From contig CAWAIF010000003.1 of the NCBI GenBank assembly GCA_963782055.1, positions 2,272,001-2,336,000 on the forward strand: a stretch of DNA of 64,000 bases. The letters are read 5' to 3'. The position numbers were made by a program, and so were the translations under genes. Below, piece after piece: positions 49,817 through 59,400 of the stretch; within the stretch, counting starts at the first letter, position 1, and each line of letters opens with the position of its first letter. The stretch comes from an uncultured delta proteobacterium. Its GTDB lineage: Bacteria > Myxococcota_A > Polyangia > Polyangiales > Polyangiaceae. The notes under the pieces were generated by a model. That model was not told the DNA's origin. It worked only from the letters and a program-made list of their open reading frames with translations, and searched no databases.

Positions 49817-50740
49817 TCAATATCCGCGACCACGAGGGAGGAGGGTGGCCGGCGCCTCGCCGCGCTCCACCCGCGCCACGTTCTCGAGCGTGAGGCGCGC
49901 CAGACGCTCCGCGTAGTCGTGGGAGAAGCCGGCGACGTGCGGGGTGATCAGGAGACGCGGCGTCGTCCACAGCGGGCTGGAGTCGGGCAGCGGCTCCCGG
50001 GCGAAGACGTCCAGCGCCGCGCCGCGCAGGGCGTTCGACCGGAGCGCGGCGACAAGGGCCTCCTCGTCCACCACGCCCCCGCGCGACATGTGCACGAGCA
50101 CCGCGCCGGGCTTCATCGCGGCGAGCGCGCGCGCGTCGATCAGGCCCCGCGTACGGGGCGTCAGCGGCAAGGTGACGACCACGTAATCGGCCTCGGCGAG
50201 GAGCGCGTGGAGATCGTACGGCGCGCTCGCGCGGGCGGAGGTGACGCGCATGCCGAGCGCCGCGCACGCCTGCGCAACCGCACGGCCCGCTTCCCCGAGA
50301 CCCAGCACGCAGACCGTCTTGCCCTGCACCGATCCGACCGGCACATGGCGATAGACACGCGCGCGCTGGTCCTCGCCGAACTGCAGCAGCTCGCGCTCGA
50401 AGGCGAGGATCATGGCCAGGGCGTGATCGCGCATCTCCGGCACGTGGAGGCCGCGCGCGTTGGCGATCTGGACGCGATCGGGGAGGCCCTCCAGCGCGGC
50501 GAAGGACTCGCTGCCCGACCCGAGCACCTGCACGAGGACCAGCCGCGCGGCCCGCGCCCAGTCGACGCGCGGCGCGACGCCTGCGAGCAGCACCTCCACC
50601 CCTGCGATGCCCTCGCCGAGCTCGCGGTCGTCCACGAAGACGATGGATCGGCCCGCACGCTCGACGACGTCGCGCATGGTGTCGCGCGTCTCGCCGGGGC
50701 CGAGCCACGCGTGGATCGTGCCGAGGCGGTGTGACATCAT
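49817..50740 (-). CDS. D-isomer-specific 2-hydroxyacid dehydrogenase, NAD-binding
   Basis: GLGEAG, LPLTPRTRGLI, SRGGVVDE, LDVFAREPL, ITPHVAG. Confidence 0.92.
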   Translation of the reverse strand: MMSHRLGTIHAWLGPGETRDTMRDVVERAGRSIVFVDDRELGEGIAGVEVLLAGVAPRVDWARAARLVLVQVLGSGSESFAALEGLPDRVQIANARGLHVPEMRDHALAMILAFERELLQFGEDQRARVYRHVPVGSVQGKTVCVLGLGEAGRAVAQACAALGMRVTSARASAPYDLHALLAEADYVVVTLPLTPRTRGLIDARALAAMKPGAVLVHMSRGGVVDEEALVAALRSNALRGAALDVFAREPLPDSSPLWTTPRLLITPHVAGFSHDYAERLARLTLENVARVERGEAPATLLPRGRGY

Positions 50741-50747
50741 CGCCGCA

Positions 50748-51911
50748 ATGTACCAGGCAGACGCACTCCCGCGGCGCGCGCTGCTCGGTCTGCAGGTGGG
50801 CGCCGAGGCGCGCGTGGAGCGCGTGGTCGACGGCGGCGCGGCGCGCGCGGCGGGCGTGCTCCAGGGCGATCGCATCCTGACGGTCGACGGCGCGGCGGTG
50901 CACGACGCGCGGCAGCTCACCGCGGCAGCGCGCGGCGTCCGCGCCGGGGCTAGCGTCGCCTTTCGCGTGGAGCGGGACGGTGCGGCTCGCGCGCTCTCCG
51001 GGATCGCGCCTCCGTACCCGGTCGAGGAGGGCGTGCTCCTCGGCCACGTCACCTCACGCGGGGCCCGGCTGCGAACCTTCTACGCCATCCCGCGCGACGG
51101 GGAGAAGCTCCCGGCGGTGCTCTACCTGCAGGGCGTCCGGACGGAGTCGGTGGAGTCGCCGTTCGATCCGGCGAGCCCCACGCGCGCCCTGGTGTCTGCG
51201 CTGGTGGCGGCGGGCTTCGTCGTCATGCGCGTGGAGCGAAGCGGCGTGGGCGACAGCGAGGGACCGACCCCGCGCGAGACCGGCCTCGCCGCGGAGATGG
51301 ACGCCTACCGCGCCGCGCTCGCGGATCTGCGCGCCTTCGACGAGGTGGATCCCGACCGCATCCTGCTCTTCGGTCACAGCTTCGGTGGCATGGTCGCGCC
51401 GCTGCTGGCGCGCGAGACGGCCGTCGCCGGGATCGCCGTGTTCGGCACCTCCGCGCGGCGCTGGCACGACGCCATGCTGGGCACCACCCGTCGCCAGCGC
51501 GAGCGCGGCGAGGAGGAGATGGCGCGGTGGGAGGAGCTCTTCGACCGCGTGCATCGCGACGGGCTCACGCCAGCTCGCGCCTTCGAGCTTCACCCGCACC
51601 TGCGCGTCTTGCGCTCGCGCGACTGCGAGGGCGAGACCATGTACGGGCGGCACGTCTCCCTGTTCCAGGAGCTGGACGGCGCGGACCTGCAGGACGCGTG
51701 GCGCGGCGTGAAGACGCCTGTGGTCGCGATGCACGGCGAGCACGACTGGATCTGCACCGCGGAGGACGCCGGTGCGGTGGCCGCGCTCTCCGGCGGTCGC
51801 CACGTGGAGCTGGACGGCACCTCGCACGATCTCACGCGCGACGGCGCGTTCGACCCGCGGATCGCTCAGACGACGACGGCGCTGCAGCCACCGGGGAACA
51901 CGCAGCCGTAA
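50748..51911 (+). CDS. PDZ domain + alpha/beta hydrolase
   Basis: AARAGVLQGDRILTVDG; GVGDSEG, GHSFGG, HGEHD. Confidence 0.88.
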   Translation: MYQADALPRRALLGLQVGAEARVERVVDGGAARAAGVLQGDRILTVDGAAVHDARQLTAAARGVRAGASVAFRVERDGAARALSGIAPPYPVEEGVLLGHVTSRGARLRTFYAIPRDGEKLPAVLYLQGVRTESVESPFDPASPTRALVSALVAAGFVVMRVERSGVGDSEGPTPRETGLAAEMDAYRAALADLRAFDEVDPDRILLFGHSFGGMVAPLLARETAVAGIAVFGTSARRWHDAMLGTTRRQRERGEEEMARWEELFDRVHRDGLTPARAFELHPHLRVLRSRDCEGETMYGRHVSLFQELDGADLQDAWRGVKTPVVAMHGEHDWICTAEDAGAVAALSGGRHVELDGTSHDLTRDGAFDPRIAQTTTALQPPGNTQP

Positions 51912-52306
51912 GGCGGCGGCGGCGGACCCCAGCCGTCGTCCTCCACCACGTCGGCGGAGGCGTCGCTGCCTCCGGCGTCGGCGGTCGCGTCGCTCGCGGC
52001 GTCCGCCTGGGCCATGCCGTCATCGGCGGCGTCCTTGGCCGCGCCGTCCCTGGCGTTGCCGTCGGTGGAGCTGCCGTCGGTCGAGGCGTCGGTGCCGGTC
52101 GTCGTGTCGCCGCCGCAGGCGACGGCCACGCCCATCGTCGTGGCGAGGGCCGCGGCGTGGAGGGCATACAGCTTCGCGCGGGAGAGACCGCGGGGGGCAC
52201 GGGGGGCCGGCTTCGCGGCGGGCGCGGCGGCGGCGCAGAAGGGGCAGCGCGCTTCGCCCGGGCGGAAGTGACGCTCGCAGGCGGCACAAAGCAGGAGGTC
52301 AGTCAT
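51866..52306 (-). CDS. Putative radical-SAM substrate: Zn-ribbon + lipoprotein signal + acidic linker + PYG motif
   Basis: CAACERH...CPFC, AVAC, Asp/Ala linker, PPPPPYGC; start overlaps the rSAM stop. Confidence 0.85.
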   Translation of the reverse strand: MTDLLLCAACERHFRPGEARCPFCAAAAPAAKPAPRAPRGLSRAKLYALHAAALATTMGVAVACGGDTTTGTDASTDGSSTDGNARDGAAKDAADDGMAQADAASDATADAGGSDASADVVEDDGWGPPPPPYGCVFPGGCSAVVV

Positions 52307-53585
52307 CGGCAGAGTCTACCTCGACCACGAGCTCCCATCGAGCGCGATCGAAGGGCAAACCGGGCGCCTCCTCCACCCGCGCCACCCGCTCGCGCTTGCC
52401 CTCGCGCTTCATCTCCAGGGCGCGGTGGTGGCAGTACGGGTTGTTGCCCGGCTTGCCAAAGAGCGCGGTGGTCATCCAGGTGCACCCCGCGCGGCACTCC
52501 TCCGCGTAGTAGCACCCGGCGCAGAAGCCCCAGAGCTCGCGGGTGGTGCGATCGCGCATGTGGCGCAGGGGCGCGCTGCGCTCCCAGATCGCGCGCAGGG
52601 TGTGCTCGCGCACGTTGCCGCCCACCCACGAGTCGGTCGGGAGCGAGGGGCAGCCCTTGACGTCGCCGTTGGACTCGATGCCCAGCGTGGTGAGCCCCGC
52701 CGCGCACGAGCGCCGGTAGCCGCTGCGGCAGTAGCTGCGCAGCACGTGCTCGTACGGACCGAAGTAGCCCACGTTGTTGCCCGCGAGCATGGTGACGGAC
52801 CGCGCGTCGCAGCGCTTCTTCAGCTCGGCGAGCAGCGGAAAGAGGTCGAGCAGATCGTACGGCTGCAGGATGACGTCCGGCTCGTCCGCGGCGCGGCCGA
52901 CCGGCACGGTGAGCTGGATCTGCCAGCCGTGGCACCCCTCGCGCGAGAGCACGTCGAAGACGTGATTCAGGTGCGGCGCGCTCAGGCGGTTGACCTGCGT
53001 GTTGACCGCGATCGCGATGCCCGCCTCGCGGCAGTGCCGGAGCGCGGCCACGGCGGCGGCGTACGAGCCGGGCGAGGCGCGCAGCCTGTCGTGCGTCGCC
53101 TCGTCGCCGTCGATGGAGACCGCGACGCTCTGCACGCCTGCGGCCGCGGCGGCCTCCGCGCGCGCCCGCGTGAGGCCGCGCCCCCCGGTCACCATGGTGC
53201 TGGTCATCCCCAGCCTGCGGATCTCGGCGATGACGTCCAGCCACCCGTCGTGAAGGTAGGCCTCGCCGCCGATGAGGGTGATCTCCTGCACGCCCAGCTC
53301 GTGCATCTGCCGCACCAGGTCGACGGCCTCGTCGGTGGTGAGCTCGTCCGGCCGCGCGCGTCCGGCCCGCGATCCACAGTGCCGGCACGAGAGGTCGCAG
53401 GCGAGCGTCAGCTCCCACACCGCGTAGTTGGGCCGCGCCGCGCGATCGATCGCGCGTGTCTCGCCGGCGAGGGGCAACCGCACCTGCGTGCGCGCCTCCT
53501 CCAGCACCGGCAGGGCGCGCCGCGGACGCGGGGCGCGCATGAGCGCTTCGCGCGCGCGCTCGTCCAGGGGCTCTGCGCGCGGCAT
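52299..53585 (-). CDS. Radical SAM/SPASM peptide maturase (PlpX-splicease-like)
   Basis: VWELTLACDLSCRHCGSRAG; CAAG, GCPSL, FCAGCYYAEECRAGCTW, NPYCHHR. Confidence 0.92.
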   Translation of the reverse strand: MPRAEPLDERAREALMRAPRPRRALPVLEEARTQVRLPLAGETRAIDRAARPNYAVWELTLACDLSCRHCGSRAGRARPDELTTDEAVDLVRQMHELGVQEITLIGGEAYLHDGWLDVIAEIRRLGMTSTMVTGGRGLTRARAEAAAAAGVQSVAVSIDGDEATHDRLRASPGSYAAAVAALRHCREAGIAIAVNTQVNRLSAPHLNHVFDVLSREGCHGWQIQLTVPVGRAADEPDVILQPYDLLDLFPLLAELKKRCDARSVTMLAGNNVGYFGPYEHVLRSYCRSGYRRSCAAGLTTLGIESNGDVKGCPSLPTDSWVGGNVREHTLRAIWERSAPLRHMRDRTTRELWGFCAGCYYAEECRAGCTWMTTALFGKPGNNPYCHHRALEMKREGKRERVARVEEAPGLPFDRARWELVVEVDSADD

Positions 53586-53701
53586 TCGCGGAGTATACCA
53601 GCGCCGGGCGGTGCGCGCGGGACTGCGACGTTCTGCCGCGGCGTCGCGCACCTGGAGTGCGAGGCGGCGATTGTCCCGCCGGATTGTCGTACTCTCCGCG
53701 C

Positions 53702-54238
53702 ATGAGACGAGGGTTTCTCTTCGGTGTCGGCGCCACCATCCTGGCTCTGATCGTCGGCGCGTGGGTCACGGTGGCGTTCGGGCTCATGCCGGCCAACGCC
53801 GACGCGAAGCCCCCCGGCCTGGAGGCGTGGGCGGCGAAGAAGTCGCTCCACGCCACCATCGCCCGCGAAGCACCGAAGGGGGACAACAAGGTCCCTCTCA
53901 CCGACGCGAACCTCATGGCCGGGGAGAAGCTGTACATGCAGAACTGCGCCGTCTGCCACGGCGGCTCCGACGGATCGCCCTCCGTCATCGCGCGCGGGCT
54001 CTACCAGGAGGCGCCGCAGCTCGCGAAGGACGGCGTGGAGGACGATCCGGCGGGCGTGACGTACTGGAAGATCGCCCACGGCATCCGCTTCACCGCGATG
54101 CCCAGCTTCGGCCGCGCGCTGACCGACGAGCAGGTGTGGCAGCTCACGCTCTTCGTCTCGCACATGGACAAGCTGCCGCCGGCGGTGGACACGGTGTGGC
54201 GGCAGGCGCCGGGCACGCCGGCCGCGCCCGCGCCCTGA
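53702..54238 (+). CDS. Cytochrome c
   Basis: N-terminal TM; CAVCHG; GIRFTAMPSF. Confidence 0.9.
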   Translation: MRRGFLFGVGATILALIVGAWVTVAFGLMPANADAKPPGLEAWAAKKSLHATIAREAPKGDNKVPLTDANLMAGEKLYMQNCAVCHGGSDGSPSVIARGLYQEAPQLAKDGVEDDPAGVTYWKIAHGIRFTAMPSFGRALTDEQVWQLTLFVSHMDKLPPAVDTVWRQAPGTPAAPAP

Positions 54239-54361
54239 CCGGTTGCGTGCGAAGGGCCAGAGCTGCGGCACGCCATCGCTTGTAACCCCATGTAATGCGC
54301 GTCCCGGCCGCGGCCGCGTACAATCGTGCTGGGTTCACCTTTCTTGCGCGAGGAGATCCGC

Positions 54362-55492
54362 ATGAAGCTGCGCTGGCTGGTCGGGATCGTCGGGCCGCTG
54401 CTGCCCCTCTTGTACGTGGCGTGCAGCACTCATGACGCCAGCTTCGACGGCGGGACGGCATCGCCGGATGCCGGTGACGACGTGGACTACCCCGACGTGT
54501 CGCAGGTGCTCCCGGACGCCGGCCCTCCCGACAGCTCGACGGACGACGGCCCCTACTGTCCTCCGGCACCGCAGGGCGACGGCGGGCTGGGCGTGCTCCT
54601 CGCGGCCCCCTTCCAGAAGGACTACGCGCTCTACGATCTCGGGGCGCCTCCGGGAGTTCCGGACCCGCTCGGGGGCTGCACCATCGACTGGAAGGACGAC
54701 AACACCCTCCTCATCGTCGGTCACTCCGAGGACCCTGCCACCGCCATCTACTCCATCAAGATCAAGCGGGACGCGTGCGGTCACATCATCGGCTGGGACG
54801 GCACGGCGACGCAGGTCGCCACCGCGCCCTACGCCGACGCCAACCTCGTCTATCTGGGGTCGGCGGTGGACGGCGGCTCGTCGGGCAACCTGCTGGTCTA
54901 CTCGGAGTGGCCCAACGCCGGGATGGGCCAGCTCCTGCCGGGTGGCACGTCACCGGCGCGTGAGACCGACCTCTCCGCGCTCGGCCTGATCGCGCAGGGA
55001 TCGCTGGGCGGCCTGGGCGTCGTGCCGGCGGGCTTCACGGGGGCGGGTCAGCTGCGCGGCCTCACTTATCCCGTCTACGGGAGCGTCAGCGAGTGGCACC
55101 ACATCCAGATCGGCGCCGACGGTCAGCTGGTGAAGGTGGGGACGGTCACGCCGACGCTGAAGCTCTGCGACGGGTGCGGGTCCGGCGGCTTCGCCTACGT
55201 GCCGGCGGGCTCGCCGGACTTCCCCAAGGAGAGCGTGCTCGTCGCGGAGTGGGACTACGCCAACCTGACGCGCGTCTCCGGCTACAATGTCGACACCAAC
55301 GGCGATCCCGTGGTCGCCACCCGCTTCGACTTCCTCACGCAGTTCAAGAGCCCCTACGGCGCGTACTTCGACCGGGTGAGCGGCGACTACGTCTTCGTCC
55401 AGTGGCAGTTCACCTCCGAGAACCTGGCCGACCACGTGCTCGTCGTGCGCGGGTTCAACAAGCCGCCGCCGCCTCCGCCGCCGCCGAACTGA
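54362..55492 (+). CDS. Lipoprotein, beta-rich, poly-Pro C-terminus
   Basis: GAGGAG RBS; YVAC lipobox; TACAAT upstream. Confidence 0.85.
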   Translation: MKLRWLVGIVGPLLPLLYVACSTHDASFDGGTASPDAGDDVDYPDVSQVLPDAGPPDSSTDDGPYCPPAPQGDGGLGVLLAAPFQKDYALYDLGAPPGVPDPLGGCTIDWKDDNTLLIVGHSEDPATAIYSIKIKRDACGHIIGWDGTATQVATAPYADANLVYLGSAVDGGSSGNLLVYSEWPNAGMGQLLPGGTSPARETDLSALGLIAQGSLGGLGVVPAGFTGAGQLRGLTYPVYGSVSEWHHIQIGADGQLVKVGTVTPTLKLCDGCGSGGFAYVPAGSPDFPKESVLVAEWDYANLTRVSGYNVDTNGDPVVATRFDFLTQFKSPYGAYFDRVSGDYVFVQWQFTSENLADHVLVVRGFNKPPPPPPPPN

Positions 55493-55609
55493 ACACCGTC
55501 GCGCCGCCAGGGGCGCCCCGGAAGGCTCGCGGCTCGCGGAAAAGCGCGCTTGAATCGCGCACTCACCGTGCGTTGCTATTCACGCCTGCATATGTATCCT
55601 GGCTGCAGC

Positions 55610-56569
55610 ATGCTGCACGTTCTTCGGATCACGCTCGCGGCACTGCTCCTGGGGGGGTGCGTCGGGGATACGCCCAACGGCGACGACGCTTCGACCAATG
55701 GCAATGTCGCTGCCGAAGCGGCCGTGGACGCGTCGGACGACGTCGCGTTCGACGCCGCACCGGAGATCGGGGACGCGGCGTCGTGTACGCCGGACGCGAA
55801 TTTCTGCATCGGCGATCTGCTCCAGAAGTGCAACGCGCAGGGAACGGCGTCGTCCCTCGTGACCGATTGCACGACGCTCGGCGAGAAGTGCGTGAACGCC
55901 GAGTGCGAACTCGACGGCCTCGTGGCGCACTGGAAATTCGACGAAGGCACGGGCACCGTGGCGAAGGACTCGTCCTCGACGCACGCCGACGCGACGGTGA
56001 TCGGCGCGACCTGGACGGTCGGCAAGTACGGCGGCGCGCTCTCGTTCTCCGGCAGCGGTACCTACGTCGACGCGGGCGATGTGCTCAACAATCTGACCCT
56101 TCCCATCACAGCGATGATGTGGGTCAACATGCCCGACAACGGCAACGGCGGATTCGGGCTGTTTTCGTCGGACGACGGCAGCACCAACACTGCGGGGTGG
56201 TCCGTTCAGACCGCGTTCGGGCCCGCCGATGGAGGGCTGGCCAACGGGCTCGTGTTCGCCAGGTACGGCGACGACACGTGCAACTGTCTCGCGGGCCGCC
56301 GCGTGGGAGCCGGACCGATACTCGGCACGGGCAAGTGGCAGCACCTGGCGTTCGTCATCCAGGGCCCGAGCAACATGACCTTCTACCGCGACGGCGTTGG
56401 CCTCTCGGCCACCTCGTACAGCGGCACGGGCGGCACGATGAAGTCCAACGCCAGCCCCTTTCGGATCGGCGTCGACGGCGCCGGGTACTTCGTCGGCTCG
56501 ATCGACGACGTGCGCGTCTACAGCCGCGCCCTGTCGCAGACCGAGATCCAGACCGCGATGGCGAACTGA
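55610..56569 (+). CDS. LamG/ConA-like domain lipoprotein
   Basis: LGGC lipobox; LVAHWKFDEG, WQHLA, GSIDDVRVYSRALS. Confidence 0.9.
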   Translation: MLHVLRITLAALLLGGCVGDTPNGDDASTNGNVAAEAAVDASDDVAFDAAPEIGDAASCTPDANFCIGDLLQKCNAQGTASSLVTDCTTLGEKCVNAECELDGLVAHWKFDEGTGTVAKDSSSTHADATVIGATWTVGKYGGALSFSGSGTYVDAGDVLNNLTLPITAMMWVNMPDNGNGGFGLFSSDDGSTNTAGWSVQTAFGPADGGLANGLVFARYGDDTCNCLAGRRVGAGPILGTGKWQHLAFVIQGPSNMTFYRDGVGLSATSYSGTGGTMKSNASPFRIGVDGAGYFVGSIDDVRVYSRALSQTEIQTAMAN

Positions 56570-56576
56570 CGCTCCT

Positions 56577-56758
56577 CGCACCTTCGCGGTGGACGCGCAG
56601 AAGTGCCGGTGTGCGAGGGACGCATGAAGCGCGCCGGGATGGTGCAGGAGCCGCGCGGCATCCAAGAGGGTTCTCGAGGGGCCCGGCGAGCCGCACGAGG
56701 TCCCGCCGCCCGGGGCCCGCGCTCCGCCCCACGATCGGCAAGCGCCGTCATCCGCCGC
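56577..56758 (+). repeat. IS91-transposase 3'-end relic, copy 2
   Basis: RTFAVDAQKC/PVCEGRMKRAGMVQEPRGI/LEGPGEPHEVP...SAVIRR; DNA identity blocks with 13499-13616. Confidence 0.8.
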
Positions 56759-56864
56759 ACACGAATCGGCGGAACGACGAGGCGAGACGCGCCCGGTGGG
56801 GGGGGTGCGTCTCTGGGCGCGCTGCTTGCAATCCCCGCCCGCGCCGACCACTCTCCCGCTCGCG

Positions 56865-57623
56865 ATGAAGTCGCCTACCCTCGCTCTCGCCGCCAGACAC
56901 GTCCGCGCGGGTTGCGGCGTGCTGCTCATGGTCGGGTGCGGTGGTGGGAGCGGCCCTCCACCTGCGTCGCCTGCGGCCACAGAGGTGCGCCTGCCCGTCG
57001 CGCCTGCACCTTCGGCCTCGTCCGCGAAGCCGGCCGTCGCCGCGTGCCCGGCCCCCGCCGGCGCCGTCTCCGGGACGGAGCCGGACGATGCCTGCGGCGA
57101 CGCGCAGGCGTGCGAGCGCGCCTGTGACGCGGGCGGCGCCCCGGCGTGCGTGACCGCAGGCAACATGGACGCGGTGACAGACCACCCGGACCGTGGCAAG
57201 GAGCTGCGGCTCTACGAGCGCGCGTGTCGTCTGGGCAACGTGCTCGGGTGCACCAACTATGGTGCGACGGTGCGCCTGCAGCGCCACGACCCGTCGAGCC
57301 TCGCGTGCGCCGCCAGGCTCTTCGGGCTCGCATGCGCCGCCAGCGAGGCGGAGGGTTGCGCCATGGCCGGTGCGGCGTATGCCCGGGGCGAAGGCGTCCC
57401 GCAAGATCGCTCCAGGGCGCTGGAGGCGCTCCTCAGAGGCTGCGACAGCGCGCTCGACCAACCCGACGGCGTGGCGACGGCGTGCGAGTACCTGGTGGGC
57501 GTCCTGCAGACCGTGCCGTCGAATCCGCTCGTGTCGCAGGCCATCGACCGAGCGACCCGCATCGGGTGCCGCGCCGGCTCCGCGAAGCTGTGCGCCGCGC
57601 CGGGAAGCAGCGCGCCGCCGTGA
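56865..57623 (+). CDS. Sel1-like repeat lipoprotein
   Basis: MVGC lipobox; YERACRLG, GEGVPQD repeats. Confidence 0.85.
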   Translation: MKSPTLALAARHVRAGCGVLLMVGCGGGSGPPPASPAATEVRLPVAPAPSASSAKPAVAACPAPAGAVSGTEPDDACGDAQACERACDAGGAPACVTAGNMDAVTDHPDRGKELRLYERACRLGNVLGCTNYGATVRLQRHDPSSLACAARLFGLACAASEAEGCAMAGAAYARGEGVPQDRSRALEALLRGCDSALDQPDGVATACEYLVGVLQTVPSNPLVSQAIDRATRIGCRAGSAKLCAAPGSSAPP

Positions 57624-57641
57624 CGTGTGGTCGTGGCCGTG

Positions 57642-59327
57642 TCAGAGGTTCATCCAGAAGGTGAATTGCTGCGCCTCGTCGCTCGACGAGCATGTCGCGA
57701 CGTCGAGCGCGGCGCCATCGCGGGAGAGACAGCGGCTCTGGTCGAAGTGCTGGACGCGACCGCGCAGGGCCCACATCTGCTCCACCGTGTCGTCGCAGTT
57801 GCCGACCACGACGCTCGCGCTGGCCCCCGCGTCGGCGCCGCCGTCGAGCGACAGACAGCGCGGCGTCGCCGTCGCCACCGCGCTCACGAAGCCCCCGCGC
57901 CCGTCGTCCCAGCGCTGGCCCGCGCTGCCGTCGCACACCTGGAGCGTCACCTTCGTGCCCTTCGCCGCGCTCCCGGCGTCGACGCACCAGCCGTCGACGC
58001 GGAGCTCGCCCGTCCGCGGCCTGTAGTCGAACCGCTGATTCGCCGCGCCGTGACATGGCCACTGGATCAGGTGCTTGCCCGCGCCGTAGTCCGCGGCGGG
58101 GACATCGAGGCAGTAGCCGGTGTTCCCGTTGACGACCTCCTCGTTGCGAAAGCGCCAGATCTGATCGCTGCCATCGCACGACTGCTGTCTCACCGCCGCC
58201 CCCGACTCCGTCGCGTCCGGTTGGACGCACTCGTCACTGCCGTAGTTCTCGAGGTAGCGGTCCTTCGTCATGAACCAGTTCTGTCTCGCGTTGGTCTTGC
58301 TGCAGGTCGCCATCTGCAGGGCGACGCCGTCGACGTTCGACGGGGGCTCGGCGCAGCGGCCGCCGTTCTGCAGCGTGCCGGTCCACCACCACTTCGCGTA
58401 CGGCCCCGACGCGGCACCCTTGCACGCGCCGGCGTCGCACGTCGCTCCGGCGCCGCAGCCACCGCAGCTCAGCGCCTTGCCGCAGTTGTCGCTCGCGCTC
58501 ACCGGGCCGCACGCGAGGCCGAGCTGCGCGCACGTCTTGGGGGAGCAGCTCTTCACCTGACACGTCGACCACTGATGGTTCGACTGGCACGTCTTCGTGG
58601 CCCCGCCGCCGCAGCCGGCCGTGGTCTTCTCTCCGATGTCGGAGCAGACGTTCTTGGCGCGAATCAAGCAGTGGAAACCGAGCCCGTAGCGGCCTTCGAT
58701 GGTCCCGTTCGCGTACCTGGTGTGGTCCTCGACGAGCAGCTCGGTGCGATCGGTCCAGATGGCGTTCTGCTGGTAGAACCACACCTTCGACGTGGCGCTG
58801 TCGTAGGAGGAGACCACGACCGTGTGACCGTGGAAGACGATCACGTCGCCCGACTCCGGCTCCGGGACGTGCGAGCCCTGCGTGTACACGTCGAAGTTGG
58901 GGTTGCCGCCGTACTGGTTCGCCCCGCACATCGTGCCCGTGTAGATGTGGTTGCCGATGTCGTACTTCGCGCCCATCGCGCGGAAGTGTCGCATCACCAG
59001 ATCGGTGCACTCGAAGGCGCGCCCGGTGGTGGCCTTGGCGCCGTTGCAGGTGTCGCCGTTCGAGCAGCAAGCGTGCCCGGTCGAGTTCTTCGGGCCGTTG
59101 GACAGCACCTCGGTGCCCCAGAACGCGTGACCGGTGTCGGTCCCGCACTTGCCGACGCCCTTGCAGACGACGGCCCCCTTGTACGTGCCGCTGGTGGGGG
59201 TGAAGCATCCGCTCGCCTTCAGGGGCGAGCCGGATTGCCCGGGACTCGGGTCGCTCTCCACGGCACACCCCGCCATGACGATGGCGAAACCCAGGACCAC
59301 GGAGGCGATCTTCTTCGAGGAGGACAT
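57642..59327 (-). CDS. CHAP-like amidase + ricin-B lectin lipoprotein
   Basis: MAGC lipobox; FECTDLV, GDVIVF.GHTVVV, YQQN; repeated CLD...QxW. Confidence 0.85.
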   Translation of the reverse strand: MSSSKKIASVVLGFAIVMAGCAVESDPSPGQSGSPLKASGCFTPTSGTYKGAVVCKGVGKCGTDTGHAFWGTEVLSNGPKNSTGHACCSNGDTCNGAKATTGRAFECTDLVMRHFRAMGAKYDIGNHIYTGTMCGANQYGGNPNFDVYTQGSHVPEPESGDVIVFHGHTVVVSSYDSATSKVWFYQQNAIWTDRTELLVEDHTRYANGTIEGRYGLGFHCLIRAKNVCSDIGEKTTAGCGGGATKTCQSNHQWSTCQVKSCSPKTCAQLGLACGPVSASDNCGKALSCGGCGAGATCDAGACKGAASGPYAKWWWTGTLQNGGRCAEPPSNVDGVALQMATCSKTNARQNWFMTKDRYLENYGSDECVQPDATESGAAVRQQSCDGSDQIWRFRNEEVVNGNTGYCLDVPAADYGAGKHLIQWPCHGAANQRFDYRPRTGELRVDGWCVDAGSAAKGTKVTLQVCDGSAGQRWDDGRGGFVSAVATATPRCLSLDGGADAGASASVVVGNCDDTVEQMWALRGRVQHFDQSRCLSRDGAALDVATCSSSDEAQQFTFWMNL

Positions 59328-59400
59328 GAGCGGACCCTACACGCCGCGGACCCGACGGTCCTTGCCCGGGGGCGCCAATCTCTTGCCCGTGGACGCGCGA

